64,000 nt of DNA, from NCBI RefSeq assembly GCF_964204645.1, contig NC_134027.1:20360560-20424559 (forward strand), given 5' to 3'. This document shows positions 61,838 through 64,000 of the stretch, one piece after another (the stretch's first letter is position 1; each line of letters starts with the position of its first letter). The notes beneath the pieces are model-generated. The model did not search any database and was not told the DNA's origin. It saw only the letters and a list, made by a program, of their open reading frames with translations. Position numbers and translations under genes: made by a program. The DNA comes from Tubulanus polymorphus. Its lineage: Eukaryota > Animalia > Nemertea.

Positions 61838-63005
61838 TTAGAGGTAGTCTTTGGCGTGAGGTTCAACCCAGTTTTCTGCAATCTTTTTCAAATCATCAAC
61901 TTTTGCCTTATTAAGAGGTAGAGGGTATTCGTTATACAACGGCTTCGTTTGAAGGGGTAGATCGTCCAAATCCATTGGTGTCTTAGTAACATCGTGTGAA
62001 GATCTAAGCCATGCCGTCCTGCTGTGGTTCACAGTCTGTAAAAGATATAAGTAACTTTGGATTAGAAGCACGTGGAAACAATTTTTTTCTCGAAAAAACC
62101 TCAGTTAATTAATTTACCTGCAAGTATCCATTTAAAACCTCTTCACCGATACCAAAATTAATCCATTTTGTGTCTGCCAACACAGTTGGTATCGGTGAAT
62201 TTTCAGCTTTTCGATTTGAACTGAAAATATGACCCAGCCATGAACGAAAGTCGCGAAATTCATCTTGTTGTACCCGGTACACTTCTTAAATAGAAAAGAA
62301 AATACTTCAAAATATGTATGTATGTGTGTATGTATTAATGTATGTATGTATGTACGTACGTACGTACGAATGAACACATACACGTACGTTTCTATGTCTT
62401 TTACTCAACTATTGATTTATTTGAGGCAGCTATGTCCATCCAATCTCTGGGCAGCATTATTTTTTCGTGGGTTCTATTCTTTTTCTCAATTTGTCCGAAG
62501 AAGCGATCACAAGGACCATAAGAATGTCCTTGCTCTAGATATTTCAAGTCCACTCGTTTGTATGCTCCTGAATCAATCAAATATTGGGCATACCATAGTA
62601 TACCATAATTCTTATTTTGCCCGCTGCAGTTGTCGGCCCAAATGATCAGGTTGTCAGCACCTAAAGAAAATATATAAAATGAATAAAGATATGAATGTAC
62701 TATACATTGGATAACTATCAATTGAAACAGTACTCTAGAGAGAATATAACATTTAAAAAATCGACTCACCAGTGTTCCCGTAACTAGTTTTATTCAACAT
62801 AATGTCAATCATGCTGATTACTTCATCAGCACCTTTACCAGCCATTTCTTCGGAATACATGAAACACTTCATGTTTTGGTGGAATCCAGAATAAATTCCA
62901 AAATTAAAAGTATATAATTGTCTCATGTAGTAGATGGATTGAGTTGGCATTTTTGGACAGGGTAAGTTTTTCTGAAAATCAATATGGAACGATACGACTG
63001 CCATT
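61838..63005 (-). CDS. Sola-like DDD transposase, catalytic C-terminal half (4 exons)
   Basis: Exons 63005-62770, 62660-~62408, 62284-62118 and 62035-61838. Motifs HIDFQKNLPCP, YYMRQL..NFGI, GKGADEV, WADNCSGQNKN, GHSYGPCDRFFGQIE and PLNKAKVDDL. The exon 2 donor looks degenerate. Confidence 0.7.
62313..62390. repeat. (ATGT)n/(ACGT)n microsatellite in a transposase intron
   Basis: atgtatgtatg...gtacgtacgtacg. Confidence 0.8.
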
Positions 63006-64000
63006 CTAAAAGCGTGGTGCAAAATAACGCGTGGCTCGACTCAGCATCTACAAAGATCATGTATCATACAAATAGATATACACCCATGATAAAAGACCCA
63101 AGCATAAACACGTGTCTTAACACATGTGGTCATATCTGAGGTTTAGTTTGATGGTCTGGTATTTCACATTGATGGAATCATTATTCGAAGTTGATTCGCC
63201 CACAAAAAAAAATGTAAAAGATAATTTGTGCCGGTGTAACTATGCAATCCATAAAATTAGAAAATAATGTACCACGCATTCAAAAGTTAAAAACAGGATT
63301 TGTTTATGATCGGAATATTCAAGGGGACATAATATTTCGGAGAGACCAACATAAAAAATTGGGCGTTTGAACCAAATCGTTGAATTCTCCGAATCGCCGA
63401 ATTCAGTTCAAATTCAGTTAAATCATGGACTTAAGAGTCCATGATTAAATACATATTGACGGAAGAATACCGCTATAGTGAAACAAACTTGTTATTTCTC
63501 AATGTGTTTTTTTAAATCTTAGAATAGGGATTGACCTTTTTATTTATTTGATTGGTAGATTACGTTTGATTTTTTTTTTATTTGGTGTCCCTTACAGACC
63601 CACCACACCTGCCGGGAGTGAAACAGGGATTTTACTTTGAAATCGGAAATTGAAGTACAGATATAGTTGTGTGATCGGCGGGCGAGTTTACAGAATTTTT
63701 TTAAATCAAATACATACTTGGGAAATTCGGTTCCAGTTCATTCAAACAATCTTCCAACCAGTCTGAACCGACAAGCGACTGATTGGGGTTTATTTAGTTG
63801 GCTACCTAATTTGATACGTCTAATTTAATTAATCATTTATATCCATGTATAGATATTAGTGTGGCCTTGCAATGGCCATGATTGCGAAAAAAACTATGTA
63901 TTAAGTCCAGCCAGGCGAATCTTCCATTACTTTAGGGTAATTAGACTTTTATAAAGTAAAGAAATTACTTAGGCTGACTGACTAATTTCCGCTAGCAGCA

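Overview
Eukaryotic nuclear DNA from an AT-rich invertebrate, probably a marine spiralian (inferred only from gene and repeat types). Host genes: two tandem intron-containing ENPP6-like phosphodiesterases (copy 1 lacks exon 1 in this window, 649-6504; copy 2 complete, 19519-24777), an intact 10-exon SLC22-family transporter (40229-43145) and a decayed rhodopsin-class GPCR. Much of the rest is mobile DNA: several LINEs, a BEL/Pao LTR element, a MULE transposase relic, many hairpin or foldback MITEs, SINEs, solo LTRs and a Penelope-type hammerhead motif. A Polinton/Maverick (adintovirus-like) fragment with packaging ATPase, integrase and capsid abuts a broken LINE, and an intron-containing Sola-like DDD transposase lies near the right end. 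Most notable: (i) all five Polinton ORFs with a visible start begin with TAAATG, the poxvirus late-promoter motif; (ii) a 1.3-kb LTR-like element carries a non-gag/pol ORF with a possible ubiquitin/SUMO-like fold; (iii) the Sola-like transposase has its N- and C-terminal halves in swapped order; (iv) an open 709-aa ORF1-RT fusion has no endonuclease. All family assignments come from motifs read by eye; no database searches were run.
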